The notes below the pieces were generated by a model, which was not told the DNA's origin, searched no databases, and saw only the letters and a program-made list of their open reading frames with translations. 64,000 bases of DNA from a virus, in IMG/VR virus record IMGVR_UViG_3300037423_000600, positions 32,001 through 96,000 of that record. One strand, written 5' to 3'. Of the stretch, positions 28,349 through 39,348 are shown one piece after another; position 1 is the stretch's first letter; the number at the start of each line of letters is the position of its first letter. Both the position numbers and the translations under genes were made by a program.

Positions 28349-28934
28349 CCAAACCGGAGTGCAGTATGACTCACACACTCATTCATGGAAAGAGATTTAC
28401 GGACCTACGGAGGACACGTCTACCTCCCCGGTCCAGCCTCAGAACTCCCCCTCTACCCCTACGGCTTCCGGCGGTGGTGCGGAAGGAGACTCGGCCAAGA
28501 AGTTCCGAGATAGGGAGTTTAACTTGGAAGGAACGGCGGCCATAATGCCGAGCCCCCACACCGAGGCCCGGACGGTTGTCGAATTTATGGGCTTAGGGGC
28601 CCAATTCTCCGGAAGGTACTATGTCAAGACTGTCCGTAGTACGTGGTCTAAAGATGGCGGATATACGCAAGAACTTGAGGTTAAACGTAATGGTTTTGCC
28701 GGATTTACCACTCCTATTCCTACCCCGGCGGAGACGAGTCCAAACCGTCAACCTAGGGCACAAGTCCCGGTAGAAAATGATGCTACATACTACACAGTCA
28801 AACAAGGTGATACGTTATGGTCCATTGCAAAACAGTTTTATGGGGATGGCAAGGAATACACAAAAATTTCTACGGCCAATAACCTTGCGAACCCGAGCGA
28901 TATAGCGGCGGGGCAGGAATTGCTTATTCCATAG
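28341..28934 (+). CDS. baseplate hub C-terminal part fused to LysM
   Basis: GLG..FSG.YYV..V, GGY.Q motifs plus YTVKQGDTLWSIA LysM. Confidence 0.8.
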   Translation: MADQTGVQYDSHTHSWKEIYGPTEDTSTSPVQPQNSPSTPTASGGGAEGDSAKKFRDREFNLEGTAAIMPSPHTEARTVVEFMGLGAQFSGRYYVKTVRSTWSKDGGYTQELEVKRNGFAGFTTPIPTPAETSPNRQPRAQVPVENDATYYTVKQGDTLWSIAKQFYGDGKEYTKISTANNLANPSDIAAGQELLIP

Positions 28935-28947
28935 GGAGTGATAACGG

Positions 28948-29397
28948 ATGGCAGATTACGGCTTTGGCTTGGAACGAAAGGACCGAAACTACGGGACAAC
29001 CTTCTTTGGGAAATACCGTGGCGAGGTCATTGATATAGAGGACCCGCTTAAGATGGGCCGGATAAAGGGACGATGCCCAAGAGTCCTCGGGCCTTTAGGG
29101 GAAACAAATTGGGCTTTACCCAATCTCCCGCCGGGCTTTAAGTGTCTGCCGCAGGTAGGCGACAAGGTATGGTTCGAGTTTGAGGAAGGGGACCCTGACT
29201 ACCCGATATGGACCGGGGTATGGTTCACGCAGGACGAGTATACGCCAGAAACGACGGAATTGGTCCTCACGGCGGAGACGGTATTTATGAATGACCGGAA
29301 GCCTTTAGAGGAATTGGATACCCAACAGGAAGAACTCGACGCTCACCAAGACACGCTTGATAATCACGAATCACGGATTTCTAGTCTGGGGGGATAA
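28948..29397 (+). CDS. baseplate spike (gpV/gp5 OB-fold)
   Basis: GKYRG.V.D..DP..MGRI, P.VGD.VW.EFE.GD...P.W.G. Confidence 0.88.
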   Translation: MADYGFGLERKDRNYGTTFFGKYRGEVIDIEDPLKMGRIKGRCPRVLGPLGETNWALPNLPPGFKCLPQVGDKVWFEFEEGDPDYPIWTGVWFTQDEYTPETTELVLTAETVFMNDRKPLEELDTQQEELDAHQDTLDNHESRISSLGG

Positions 29398-29400
29398 TGG

Positions 29401-29814
29401 ATGGCTGAATTGGGCTACTCTGGACTTTCCTTCCCGCCGCGTATTGGAGCTAAAGGCGGGTGGGTGATGACTTCGACTGACCCTACGGATATTGCTCACA
29501 TTAAAGAGAGTATCCGGCAAATTATTGGGACACGCATCGGAGAACGGGTAATGGAACCGACCTTCGGCGCGGACATCCCGGATGTGGTGTTTCGCAGTAT
29601 GGATATCACCACAGCGAACTTGCTCCGGTTTAAAATTACCGAAGCCTTAACCAAATGGGAGCCTCGGATTCAGGTAAAGAATATCTCCGTGACTTGGGTT
29701 AATGAAACCGGGCATGAGTTTGAAGGGGCTATGATAGCGGTAATTGACTTTACGGTTCTCCGTACCCGGCTGGATAGTTCGGTGACGGTGACTTTCAGAA
29801 GGGAGGCGGCGTAA
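29401..29814 (+). CDS. baseplate wedge gp25/gpW
   Basis: I..SI..I..T..GERVM.P.FG, WEPRI motifs. Confidence 0.9.
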   Translation: MAELGYSGLSFPPRIGAKGGWVMTSTDPTDIAHIKESIRQIIGTRIGERVMEPTFGADIPDVVFRSMDITTANLLRFKITEALTKWEPRIQVKNISVTWVNETGHEFEGAMIAVIDFTVLRTRLDSSVTVTFRREAA

Positions 29815-29817
29815 CCC

Positions 29818-31584
29818 ATGGCAAATTTACAACCGATTGACTATACCTCGAAGGACTATGAAGCCTTTAGGACAGACCTTATTAATCAGGCTTCCCGTAA
29901 GCTTCCCAACTGGACGGACTTCTCTCAGTCGGACCCGGGCGTTACGATGATTGAATTATTCTCTATGGTAGGAGATATCCTCTCTTACTACCTCGACCGG
30001 ACGGCGAATGAGGTTTACCTTCCTACGGCAACTCAACGCAGTTCGGTTATGGATATCGCTAAAGGCTTAAGCTATACGCTTCGCCCGGCCCTGCCGTCCC
30101 AAACATCCTTAGTATTTGAGATTCAGCCGCAGGCGCAGAACTTCGTTATCCCGAAGGGATATCCGGCCTCCACGGAGCAGACGGCGTATGAGGATGCGAT
30201 GTACTTCGAGACGGACACGGACCTCACCATTCCGGCCGGGGCCACCGGGCTAGAGCAGGATGGGAGTGGGAATTACCTTTACACGGTAACGGCAACTCAA
30301 GGCATTACGATTAAAAATGAAATTCTCGGCTCCTCCACCGGAACACCGAATCAGTCGTTTGCGCTCAAATACACTTCGGCCATTAATGCGCCAAGTTTGG
30401 GCTACGGTACGGTGCAAATCTCGGTTAACGAGGGTGCAGGGTACGAGCTTTGGACGGACATTACGGACGCGCCGGAATCGGTACCGGAAACTGGGAAGGG
30501 CTTTACGACCTTCGAGGATGAGAACGGAACTACGTGGATTCAATTTGGTGACGGTATCTCCACCAAGATTCCCTCTTCCGGCGTAAGCAACGTGAGAGCT
30601 ACTTACCGGGTCGGTGGCGGATTCAATACGAATGTTGGCGCGGGGACGGTAAAGGTTCTGCAATCGCCTTTAGTCGGACTAAAGTCGGTGTCCAATATTG
30701 TTTCGGCTACAGGAGGTCTGGATAAGGAAACTATCGCAGAAGCTAAGGTAATGGCCCCTCAACTCCTCCGGTCCTCGGCCCGCGCTGTAACCAAGTCGGA
30801 TTACGAGACATTGGTGAAGAGTGTTCCCGGGGTGGCTAAGGCTTCGGCGGAAGTAGATGCGGCCAACAACAATCAGGTGAATGTTACTATCGCTCCGGTC
30901 GGCGGCGGGCTCCCTACGGAAGAACTCCGGCAGGCGGCGTTTGAGAAGTTGGATGGCGTGAAGCTTATCACGACTCAGCTTGACATCAAGGACCCCTCTT
31001 ACCTTAACGTAAACCTGTCAATTACGATAAAGGTTTTGGACGGCTTTTCTCAATCCGAGGTCCGTACTTATGGCGACGAGGAGATAAATGATATCTTCGC
31101 CTTCGATAACCGGGATTTTGGACAAGGGGAGTATATCTCTCGAATCTATCAACGGCTCAACCCGCTTCAAGGTATTGAGTACGTATCGGTTAATCGTATG
31201 ACTGTTCAGCCTCGGGTGGATTGGATTACGGTATCCGGCAATCCCACATGGAGCCCGGTTACGGTTACCTCAGGGAATGCCCTCGACGGCAAATGGCGGG
31301 TGAAGATGACTTCGGCTACGGCCTTCTCTGTGGATTTCGACTCGGCTGGAGACGGTACGTTTGCTTCACCTAAAGGGGCAGGCACCTTCGGGAGTTTGTT
31401 TACCTCCAGCGGAGGAGAGCTGTCGTTTACTATCACGGCCGGGAGTATCCCATGTGCGACTAACGACTTCTGGACCTTTAGAACCACGCCGTACTTAGGG
31501 AACATCATTCCGAACAAGAATGAAATTCTACTGTTGAACGTTTCCGGGTACACGGTAACCATGGAGGGAGGGTACGTTGACTAA
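29818..31584 (+). CDS. baseplate J-like protein
   Basis: DYTSKDY, WTD...SDPG, FGDG, GG.D.E, RAVT..DYE motifs. Confidence 0.9.
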   Translation: MANLQPIDYTSKDYEAFRTDLINQASRKLPNWTDFSQSDPGVTMIELFSMVGDILSYYLDRTANEVYLPTATQRSSVMDIAKGLSYTLRPALPSQTSLVFEIQPQAQNFVIPKGYPASTEQTAYEDAMYFETDTDLTIPAGATGLEQDGSGNYLYTVTATQGITIKNEILGSSTGTPNQSFALKYTSAINAPSLGYGTVQISVNEGAGYELWTDITDAPESVPETGKGFTTFEDENGTTWIQFGDGISTKIPSSGVSNVRATYRVGGGFNTNVGAGTVKVLQSPLVGLKSVSNIVSATGGLDKETIAEAKVMAPQLLRSSARAVTKSDYETLVKSVPGVAKASAEVDAANNNQVNVTIAPVGGGLPTEELRQAAFEKLDGVKLITTQLDIKDPSYLNVNLSITIKVLDGFSQSEVRTYGDEEINDIFAFDNRDFGQGEYISRIYQRLNPLQGIEYVSVNRMTVQPRVDWITVSGNPTWSPVTVTSGNALDGKWRVKMTSATAFSVDFDSAGDGTFASPKGAGTFGSLFTSSGGELSFTITAGSIPCATNDFWTFRTTPYLGNIIPNKNEILLLNVSGYTVTMEGGYVD

Positions 31585-32654
31585 TGGCGACGACAATCCT
31601 GAATCTAAAGGGAGAGGCTACGCTTCTCCCCCGTGTTATTAAGCTGTCATGGAAGAATCCGACCGACCCGGCTTTTGTGGAAGTGGCGGTTCATCGTCGG
31701 ATGGATGACTTCCAAGTGGACCCGCTGAACCCTTTTGGGGTGGAGGTTTACCGGGGGACGGCCACGGAAATCTATGACTATCATTTGTCTCTTCCGGCCA
31801 AAACAAAACTAACAGACGTTCCGGATGTCTATGATATAATCAAGTTAGGTAATGGAAACGAATCTCAATTTCTCCAAGGCGAATCTCTTTATTATTACAC
31901 GGTGTTTGCCGTCGATAGTGAGGGGAATTATTCGGCCAACCAAGCCACGATGACGGTTGTAAAGCCCATCAAGGAATACTTTATGGGCCAATTTATGTAC
32001 GATAGCCTGCCGGAAATTTACCGGATTGAGGATACCCTCGGAGATACGAAACGGTTTATGGAACTCCTCGGCTATATGGCGGATTATATCTTCTCGCAGA
32101 CACACATGATAACCGACCTCATTGACGTTGACCGTTGCTCCGCCGACCAGCTTCCTTATATCGCAGAAGGGATTGGGTGGCAACTGGACAAGACCCTCCC
32201 GGTTACACTCCAAAGACAATCCCTTAAATTCGCGGTACGGAGTTATCGGATGGCCGGGACTAAAGGCGGACTCGACAGGCTGGTGAAATACTACTCCGGC
32301 TTTCCACAGTCCTCTGGCGTAATCGAAACCTTTGCCTTTGACTTCTATACGGTCAGCTTCGGCACCCTACCCGAATCCTCCCCGAGATACACAACAAACA
32401 CGACACCAGACTTTGCCGACGAATCGATTGACTTCGACCATCCTAAGTCGGTTGACGACCCTATTCGGTACACTCCGGACTTTAGCTACTTGGCCGGGAC
32501 AGGTACCACAGACTCCAAGTTTTTCGTTTATATTCAGCCGACATATACGCTGACGGAGCAGGAAAAAACCCAAATCGAGGCGCGGGTGCGGCGGATTGTG
32601 GACCAATTCAAGCCTATTCGGGTGGACTATCAAATAGATTTCTATGATGTGTAA
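31584..32654 (+). CDS. baseplate wedge / tail protein I-like
   Basis: LPEIYR, LPYIA..IGW, GTKGGL motifs. Confidence 0.8.
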   Translation: MATTILNLKGEATLLPRVIKLSWKNPTDPAFVEVAVHRRMDDFQVDPLNPFGVEVYRGTATEIYDYHLSLPAKTKLTDVPDVYDIIKLGNGNESQFLQGESLYYYTVFAVDSEGNYSANQATMTVVKPIKEYFMGQFMYDSLPEIYRIEDTLGDTKRFMELLGYMADYIFSQTHMITDLIDVDRCSADQLPYIAEGIGWQLDKTLPVTLQRQSLKFAVRSYRMAGTKGGLDRLVKYYSGFPQSSGVIETFAFDFYTVSFGTLPESSPRYTTNTTPDFADESIDFDHPKSVDDPIRYTPDFSYLAGTGTTDSKFFVYIQPTYTLTEQEKTQIEARVRRIVDQFKPIRVDYQIDFYDV

Positions 32655-32670
32655 AGGTGGGTGATGGCAC

Positions 32671-33816
32671 ATGGCAAACACTTCTCGTAATACCTTTGAT
32701 GAAACAAAGGCGTATGACAAGGTAATTCTTCAACAAGGTGTTCCGGTTACGGACTACGATTGGAATGAAGCGCAGGATATCCAACGGGTAAAGCTCCAAC
32801 GGGTGATTCAAGAACTCTTCGGGGACGGTGCTATCGGGGACGGGTACAAGGTTTATAAATCCGGTTCCGCGCTTTACGCTACAGCCGGGACGGTCTACCT
32901 AAAAGGGTACCGGACAAAACTGAATGCGGACACTCTCATTAACGGAGTGCCAACTACGGATGGAAGCTATAAGGCGTACATTAACCTTTCGGAGCAGGAA
33001 ATCGACTCGGTAATGGACCCGAATATCAAGCATCCGAAGCTTTTGGTCGAACCTACCCGGCGGATTAAGGTACTGGCGGACGTTCTTATCGGAGCCTCGG
33101 TCCCGGCGGACACTTCCACCAACAAATACTACTTGCTGGCGGATATCACGGTGTCCGGCGGCGTAGTCACTACCGTAACGGATAGGCGGTCGGTTAAGGT
33201 TACCTTCGAGGGTGAGGGATTCACCATCAAGGGCGGGGCGACTTTAGGGGATGCCCTTGATGATATTATCGACATTAAAGGGACTATCAAGAACTCCGGT
33301 GGGAATGTAAAAGTGGACGATAACCTCGATGTCACCGGGGCATTAACGGCGGCAAGTATCACAACAACAAACGGGGTTATTCAGACCGGGAAATATTACG
33401 AGGTTGGGCGTGTCCCCCTATTCGGTATTGCAGGCGACATTCAATACCAATCGGATGTTACTGCATTTGAGGACATAACGGCCAACCTGTATGCACTCTT
33501 CAACTTATCGTTGACTTCCAACCCTATCCCTCCAGTGGCTTCGGGTGCAACCCGTAAGTATAAACTGAAAATTGCCTTCTCGGTAACGGGATTTAACGCG
33601 ATTACGGTAAGGCTGGTTGAGACGAGCAGTACGGCAAATGCGAAAGACTTTAATCTTACGATGACCGACCTTGCTATGGACGGTTCCCGCCAATTTTTAC
33701 TGACCGACGATTTCACGCAAGCAAGTACCGGAAGCACATGGAAACTGCAAGCTAAAACGACAGGCGGCAATATGGCTATCATGTACGTCGAACTGCTTGC
33801 TTACGATGTTTATTAA
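32671..33816 (+). CDS. tail fibre/baseplate-attachment protein
   Basis: SRNTFD..K.Y..V..QQG.P..D.DWNE N-terminus typical of eCIS/phage fibre anchors. Confidence 0.75.
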   Translation: MANTSRNTFDETKAYDKVILQQGVPVTDYDWNEAQDIQRVKLQRVIQELFGDGAIGDGYKVYKSGSALYATAGTVYLKGYRTKLNADTLINGVPTTDGSYKAYINLSEQEIDSVMDPNIKHPKLLVEPTRRIKVLADVLIGASVPADTSTNKYYLLADITVSGGVVTTVTDRRSVKVTFEGEGFTIKGGATLGDALDDIIDIKGTIKNSGGNVKVDDNLDVTGALTAASITTTNGVIQTGKYYEVGRVPLFGIAGDIQYQSDVTAFEDITANLYALFNLSLTSNPIPPVASGATRKYKLKIAFSVTGFNAITVRLVETSSTANAKDFNLTMTDLAMDGSRQFLLTDDFTQASTGSTWKLQAKTTGGNMAIMYVELLAYDVY

Positions 33817-33836
33817 TTACTAGGGGGTGACTCTAA

Positions 33837-36209
33837 ATGGCTAGGAAATTCGATATAGACACTCCCGCCCGAATCGGCGGATTACTCGAAGCTTTAGCCG
33901 GGATTACGGTAACAGGTAACGGCTCTATTACCGGGACCTTATCCGTAGGCTCTACCATGACCGTTACCGGGAAACTTACCCTTACGGCAGGCATCGCCGG
34001 GGCCCTTATTCTGGATACGCAGGCTTCGGCCACGGGCCATGCGGTTCGAGCTGACCGGACTATCTCCACTGGAGCAGGCTTAACGGGTGGCGGCGACCTT
34101 ACGGCAAACCGTTCGTTGGCTGTCGATTTTACGGGCAGTACGGGAATCTCCAACTCGGTAGCAAGAGTAGACCATAATCACGATGCGGTCTACTTGGCTA
34201 TCGGGGCAACGGCGGCAGATTCCTCTAAACTCGGTGGGGTGGCGGCGGCTTCCTACGTACAAAATACCCGCCAAGTTATCGCCGGGACTGGCTTAACTGG
34301 AGGCGGAACTTTAGCGGCTGACCGTACTATTTCAGTGGACTTCGGTACCGGAAATACGCAGGCGGCCCGAGGCGACCATAACCATGACTCAGTTTACGCA
34401 AAATTATCCGGGGCCAGTTTTACTGGTGCTATTGTTATGTCCTCCAACTCTAGCGCCATTATTGGTTTGACCTTACAAGGGGCTACCTCTGGATGGGCTT
34501 CGGGTATTCAATTCGATAACACAACTGCTACTACAGGAAAAAAGTATGGTATTTACTCGGATAGTACAGGAAACTGGAACTTCACGCTTGAAACAGGTGG
34601 AGTAGGTTCACTTCTCCAATACAACGGCACGGCGTGGTCTACCACGAAGAATTTTACTTCGTCGGGAACCATTAACGGTTCTACTCTCCAAGAGGGAGGT
34701 ACAAACCTATCCTCCAAATATGTACCGCAGACGGTTTCCGTGACGGCGGGCTCCGGCCTTACGGGTGGCGGGGCACTTTCGGCAAGTCGTACCCTTTCCG
34801 TGGATTTTGGTACAGGCGCTACGCAAGTTGCGGCGGGCAACCATAACCACGACTCGGTGTATGCCAAATTATCCGGGGCTACCTTTAGCCGCTCTAACTT
34901 TGGTATCGCTATTGATGGTGGTACCGGATGGGCTTCTCTTCGTCTAGGAGCTAACGGCGCGGATGTCTTGGTAGGTAAAAACCTAAAGACAACGGACGGT
35001 ACTTGGACTACCGACGATACTACCCAACCGTCTCAAGGCATTATCATGAGTTCGGATGGCTCCATTAACTTTTACTATCGGGCGGCCAACACCGCTAATG
35101 GTGTAGGTACTCAACGCTTTAAACAAATGCCTGACGGAACGACTACCATTACGGGAGCCACGACGATTACGGGAACCCTTAACGCCACGACTGTCCAACA
35201 AAACGGGCAAAACATTGATTCGAGATTCGTGCCGCTTGGGAGGAACGTAAGCGCGGGGTCGGGACTTACTGGCGGCGGAACTTTAGCCGGAGATATTACA
35301 ATATCTCATGCAGATACCTCCTCTCAAGGTAATTTCTCTTTAGCACAAGGACAACGGGTTTCCGCTATGACCTTCGATACCTACGGCCACGTTATTTCCG
35401 TGACTACGGGAGACAACAATGTGCTTGATGCTATTGACAATGGCCGGGCGACTAAACCAGTAGACACAGCTGGAGGCGGCCTGTCTTTTGTATTCAATAC
35501 AATAGCGGGTATGACAGGGGCAACTAGCGGTACTCAGTTTGCGGATGTTCTTGTTCTTAACTCTTACGTGGATGCCTCTGGCGGTCAGGTGAATGCATTG
35601 GCATTTGACAAGAACGCTATGCAGATTTTCCACTATCAAGCGGGGCAGGCGGCAACCTCTTGGGGAACTGCCAAAACATTGTCTTATACGGACCATAACC
35701 ACAACGGGGTTTATGTTCCGGTTGGTCGTTCCATCTCGGCCGGGGCGGGACTCACCGGAGGCGGAGACTTATCGGCAGACCGCTCTTTAGCCGTAAACTT
35801 CACGGCTTCCGGCGGAAATAACGGTACGGGGACTACGGTAGCGAGAGGGGACCATAACCATGATTCTCGGTACGCGTTAGGAACAGGTAACATCGCTCCA
35901 GCCAACCTGAATACTGCCACAACATCAGGATTCTATCGCCTTAACAATGCTGCGGCTCATACCAACTTCCCAACCGGGGTAGATTGGGGACAACTCATTG
36001 TTGCTCATGGAAACGGCGACACGATTGCACAAATCGCTATGGACTATGGGAGTGGGTATATTTACTACCGGAGTGGTAATCCGACTGATGTTGGCGGAAC
36101 TGGTGCATGGAGTGCTTGGAGGAGGCTTTACCATACAGGTAATATTACCTCTGGAACAGCGACCCCTTCCGGCGGAATTGATGGAGATATTTACTTGCAG
36201 TACGTCTAA
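33837..36209 (+). CDS. tail fibre with repeated modules and C-terminal knob-like domain
   Basis: Five GxGLTGGGxL repeats, several closing with HNHD; C-terminal NLN....GFY...QIA....W..WR. Confidence 0.8.
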   Translation: MARKFDIDTPARIGGLLEALAGITVTGNGSITGTLSVGSTMTVTGKLTLTAGIAGALILDTQASATGHAVRADRTISTGAGLTGGGDLTANRSLAVDFTGSTGISNSVARVDHNHDAVYLAIGATAADSSKLGGVAAASYVQNTRQVIAGTGLTGGGTLAADRTISVDFGTGNTQAARGDHNHDSVYAKLSGASFTGAIVMSSNSSAIIGLTLQGATSGWASGIQFDNTTATTGKKYGIYSDSTGNWNFTLETGGVGSLLQYNGTAWSTTKNFTSSGTINGSTLQEGGTNLSSKYVPQTVSVTAGSGLTGGGALSASRTLSVDFGTGATQVAAGNHNHDSVYAKLSGATFSRSNFGIAIDGGTGWASLRLGANGADVLVGKNLKTTDGTWTTDDTTQPSQGIIMSSDGSINFYYRAANTANGVGTQRFKQMPDGTTTITGATTITGTLNATTVQQNGQNIDSRFVPLGRNVSAGSGLTGGGTLAGDITISHADTSSQGNFSLAQGQRVSAMTFDTYGHVISVTTGDNNVLDAIDNGRATKPVDTAGGGLSFVFNTIAGMTGATSGTQFADVLVLNSYVDASGGQVNALAFDKNAMQIFHYQAGQAATSWGTAKTLSYTDHNHNGVYVPVGRSISAGAGLTGGGDLSADRSLAVNFTASGGNNGTGTTVARGDHNHDSRYALGTGNIAPANLNTATTSGFYRLNNAAAHTNFPTGVDWGQLIVAHGNGDTIAQIAMDYGSGYIYYRSGNPTDVGGTGAWSAWRRLYHTGNITSGTATPSGGIDGDIYLQYV

Positions 36210-36279
36210 TAAAACAAAGCTATGAGGGTGTTGGTCTAAAGGCGGCACCCTCCCGGCTTTAGAAAGGAGTGGATTATAG

Positions 36280-39200
36280 ATGCCAAGTAATACGTTATAC
36301 CCAACTAGGAATGCGCGGGTATCTAAACCTGAATTTGGCACGTCTGCCTCTATTATGTATACCGCAAATAGTAGCGGTGGACGACTCCGCATGGGTCAAT
36401 CTTACGATGATGAGGGCGGTTCTTGGAGTTTTGGCTATGTGGTACTTGATTTTGATTGGTCATCGATTCCCTCAAATGCTGTAATTGATTCCGTAAATCT
36501 ATATCACGTTAGTGACGGGATATTTCTTTCTGGATTGACATTCTTCGCAAGCCGCTATACGGGTACATGGCCTGCCTTAACCAGTAACGTATCACAGGCT
36601 TGTACTTTCGGTAAGGACGAGACATACAAAACAAATTTTACAACAGGCTCATCACAGTCGTATTTCGGTTCCCCCATTCCGGCCGCATTAGCACAACAAA
36701 TTCGCAGTTCTGGCGGCTGGTTGATGATGTACCGGGATGATAAGGCGAATCAGTGGGAATACGAGATTTACCCTTATGACAATGCAAGCTATAAACCATA
36801 CCTACAAGTGGATTGGCATTATCCAAATACAGCACCTAACGCCCCATCAGTATCCATGAGCAATGGGGCATATTGGCAGACAACTTTACAGCCTACGATT
36901 AACTGGACCTTTAGCGACCCAGACGGTAACCCGCAGGGAGGGTATTCGGTCGAATTAATCAATGGAGCTTACTCCGCCTCTTTATGGAGTTCAGGGGCAA
37001 TAGCGGATGCTAACGCTAGAAGCTATACGCTTCCCGCCGGAGTTATAACAGGGGATGGGACTTTTTGGCTCAGGATGAGGGTTTACGACTCCAATGGAGC
37101 GTGGAACCAATCAAACGGAAATTCCCCCGACCCTGCCTTTGGAAACGTCTCATTCGGCGTGGACAGGACTGCACCAACGACAAGCAATTATAATGTTGGG
37201 GTAACGCCTGCGAATATCGCCTCTGGAGGGACAAAGAATGTTTCCATAGACATTGGGGATGGACTGTCCGGAGCCTATTTATCAGATGCCTATTATTGTA
37301 AACCGGATGGCACATGGGTTCAGTGTTTATCCCTTGCGACAAGTTCAGGGGCAACACGGACAATTCCCGTTCCAATAACTACTGAGGGAACTTATCTTGT
37401 TGATTTCTATGTGCGGGATAATGCGGGTAACAATGCGGCGAGTTATCCAGTTCGATTATCTTTCATTGTAGACCGAACAGCCCCGGCCATGAACAGTGTA
37501 ACCGGACAAATCAAGACGAACTCTTCCGCCACCCAACGGTTTACGGTTAACACTTCAGATGCAAACGGCATCCAGCGTGTCGATGCGTATATCCTAAACT
37601 TCGCCGGAACTGCGTGGAGTGGTCCTTTCGCCGCTACGAATGCGGGAAGTGGCAACTGGTACTATGACTTCAACCCGGCGTATGAGGCAGGGAATGGTAC
37701 CCATACAGTCCGCTTCTGGTCTTACGACCCGGCGGGGAATGGAAACTTCATCGACTCCTCCTTGGTATACGATACTACGGCACCTTCGGCACCGACCATT
37801 ACGCCAAGCCGGGCGGCCGGGTCTTGGGGAGCGACGGATGTCACCTTCACTTTAGGCGGCAGTACGGATTCCCTGACGGGAGTAAACCGCTACGAGTATA
37901 ACCTAAACGGTGGAGCATGGACGACTTACACGGGGACGGTTACTCTCTCTACGACCGGAGCAACTACCGTAAATGCCCGAGCCGTGGATAATGTCGGTAA
38001 TGTCAGCGGTACAACCTCCGCCACATTTTATATCGACAAGGTGGCCCCTACCGCCCCAACGATTAACCGGAGTAATACAAATTGGAGTAATGTGAATGTT
38101 ACCTTTACCATTACAAATGGTACGGATGCAAACTCCGGCGTAGCCCGAAGCGAATACAACCTAAACGGCGGGGCATGGACGACCTATACCGGGACAGTAA
38201 CGGTTTCGGCGGCGGGGCAGACCACAGTTAACGCGAGAACCGTCGATAATGCAGGTAACGTGAGCAGTACAACAACTACAACTATTTATATTGATAAGGT
38301 TGCACCTACAGCTACAAACCAAACTTTTACGGTTAATACGAACTCGACTTCCGCCCGCCTTTGGATTTATGGTGTTGCGGATGACTATTCGGGTGTAAAT
38401 CGCATTGAAGTTTGGCGCACCCCTCCCGGTGGTGCGGAGGCGTATTTAGGCAACATGACTAAAAACGGAGCTACGAATGATTACTACATTGACGTAACCC
38501 TCTCAACTCAAGGTACCTACGCGTATCGGTTGGTTCCATTTGATAACGCGGGCAACTACATTAATGCAGGTACGGCTAATGTAACCTACGACACCACGGC
38601 CCCGACAATCGGAAGTGTAGATGCTTATGGGTATACCTCGGCCACCACAGGGACCCGCCGGGTCTTTGCAAACAATGTAGCGGATAGCGGCTCAGGCATC
38701 AATACCGTTAATGCCTCTTATATCCGGCCGGGGGATGGAGGGAGGACCACACTCACCGCTGTCCAATCAGGTTCTAACTGGTATGTGGACGTTCCCCTGA
38801 GCGCGGTTCAAGGGGAGTGGAACGTTCAATTCCAAGCGGTAGACCGGGCGGGGAATACCTCAAGTGTGTCGACGGCTTACTTCTTTGTCGATAACGTAGC
38901 ACCTGCTGATGGTAACGAACAATATAGCATTACGGAGAGCTCGGTTACCGTTACTTGGACAGGCTTTAGTGACACCGCACCTTCTTCTGGATATTCAAGG
39001 ACTGAGTTTTACTTCCAAAAGGCGGACGGTACTCCTATTGATATCGATAGTAACGGCTCTACCGAGTCCCTTCTCACTTTTACGGATAACCGTACAAGTT
39101 ATACCGTGAACAACTTGGTTCCCGGCACTCAGTACCGTTGCACAGTGGTTCTTACGGATAAATCCGGGAACTCAAACGCATGGAGTTACGATACGTTCTA

Positions 39201-39333
39201 TACCAACCATCTGCTTCAACCAAATATCGGCGGCGTATGGAAAACACCTAAAGGCAATTACGTCAATGTCGGCGGTACGTGGCGGCGGGTAGTTGCGGCG
39301 TGGACCAAAGTCAACGGTACTTGGAAAAAATAA
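36280..39333 (+). CDS. large Ig-like/FN3 repeat tail or receptor-binding protein
   Basis: Repeated D.TAP ... D.AGN Ig-like units; duplicated EYNLNGGAWTTYTGTVT. Confidence 0.8.
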   Translation: MPSNTLYPTRNARVSKPEFGTSASIMYTANSSGGRLRMGQSYDDEGGSWSFGYVVLDFDWSSIPSNAVIDSVNLYHVSDGIFLSGLTFFASRYTGTWPALTSNVSQACTFGKDETYKTNFTTGSSQSYFGSPIPAALAQQIRSSGGWLMMYRDDKANQWEYEIYPYDNASYKPYLQVDWHYPNTAPNAPSVSMSNGAYWQTTLQPTINWTFSDPDGNPQGGYSVELINGAYSASLWSSGAIADANARSYTLPAGVITGDGTFWLRMRVYDSNGAWNQSNGNSPDPAFGNVSFGVDRTAPTTSNYNVGVTPANIASGGTKNVSIDIGDGLSGAYLSDAYYCKPDGTWVQCLSLATSSGATRTIPVPITTEGTYLVDFYVRDNAGNNAASYPVRLSFIVDRTAPAMNSVTGQIKTNSSATQRFTVNTSDANGIQRVDAYILNFAGTAWSGPFAATNAGSGNWYYDFNPAYEAGNGTHTVRFWSYDPAGNGNFIDSSLVYDTTAPSAPTITPSRAAGSWGATDVTFTLGGSTDSLTGVNRYEYNLNGGAWTTYTGTVTLSTTGATTVNARAVDNVGNVSGTTSATFYIDKVAPTAPTINRSNTNWSNVNVTFTITNGTDANSGVARSEYNLNGGAWTTYTGTVTVSAAGQTTVNARTVDNAGNVSSTTTTTIYIDKVAPTATNQTFTVNTNSTSARLWIYGVADDYSGVNRIEVWRTPPGGAEAYLGNMTKNGATNDYYIDVTLSTQGTYAYRLVPFDNAGNYINAGTANVTYDTTAPTIGSVDAYGYTSATTGTRRVFANNVADSGSGINTVNASYIRPGDGGRTTLTAVQSGSNWYVDVPLSAVQGEWNVQFQAVDRAGNTSSVSTAYFFVDNVAPADGNEQYSITESSVTVTWTGFSDTAPSSGYSRTEFYFQKADGTPIDIDSNGSTESLLTFTDNRTSYTVNNLVPGTQYRCTVVLTDKSGNSNAWSYDTFYTNHLLQPNIGGVWKTPKGNYVNVGGTWRRVVAAWTKVNGTWKK

Positions 39334-39348
39334 AAGGAGTGATTCTCT

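Noticed and set aside
19617-33816. Bacterial eCIS or tailocin locus instead of a phage
   Set aside because: Terminase, portal, scaffold, capsid and replication genes are contiguous with the tail genes
33837-39333. Diversity-generating retroelement acting on the tail fibres
   Set aside because: The repeats are in-frame protein modules; no reverse transcriptase and no adenine-specific TR/VR pair were seen
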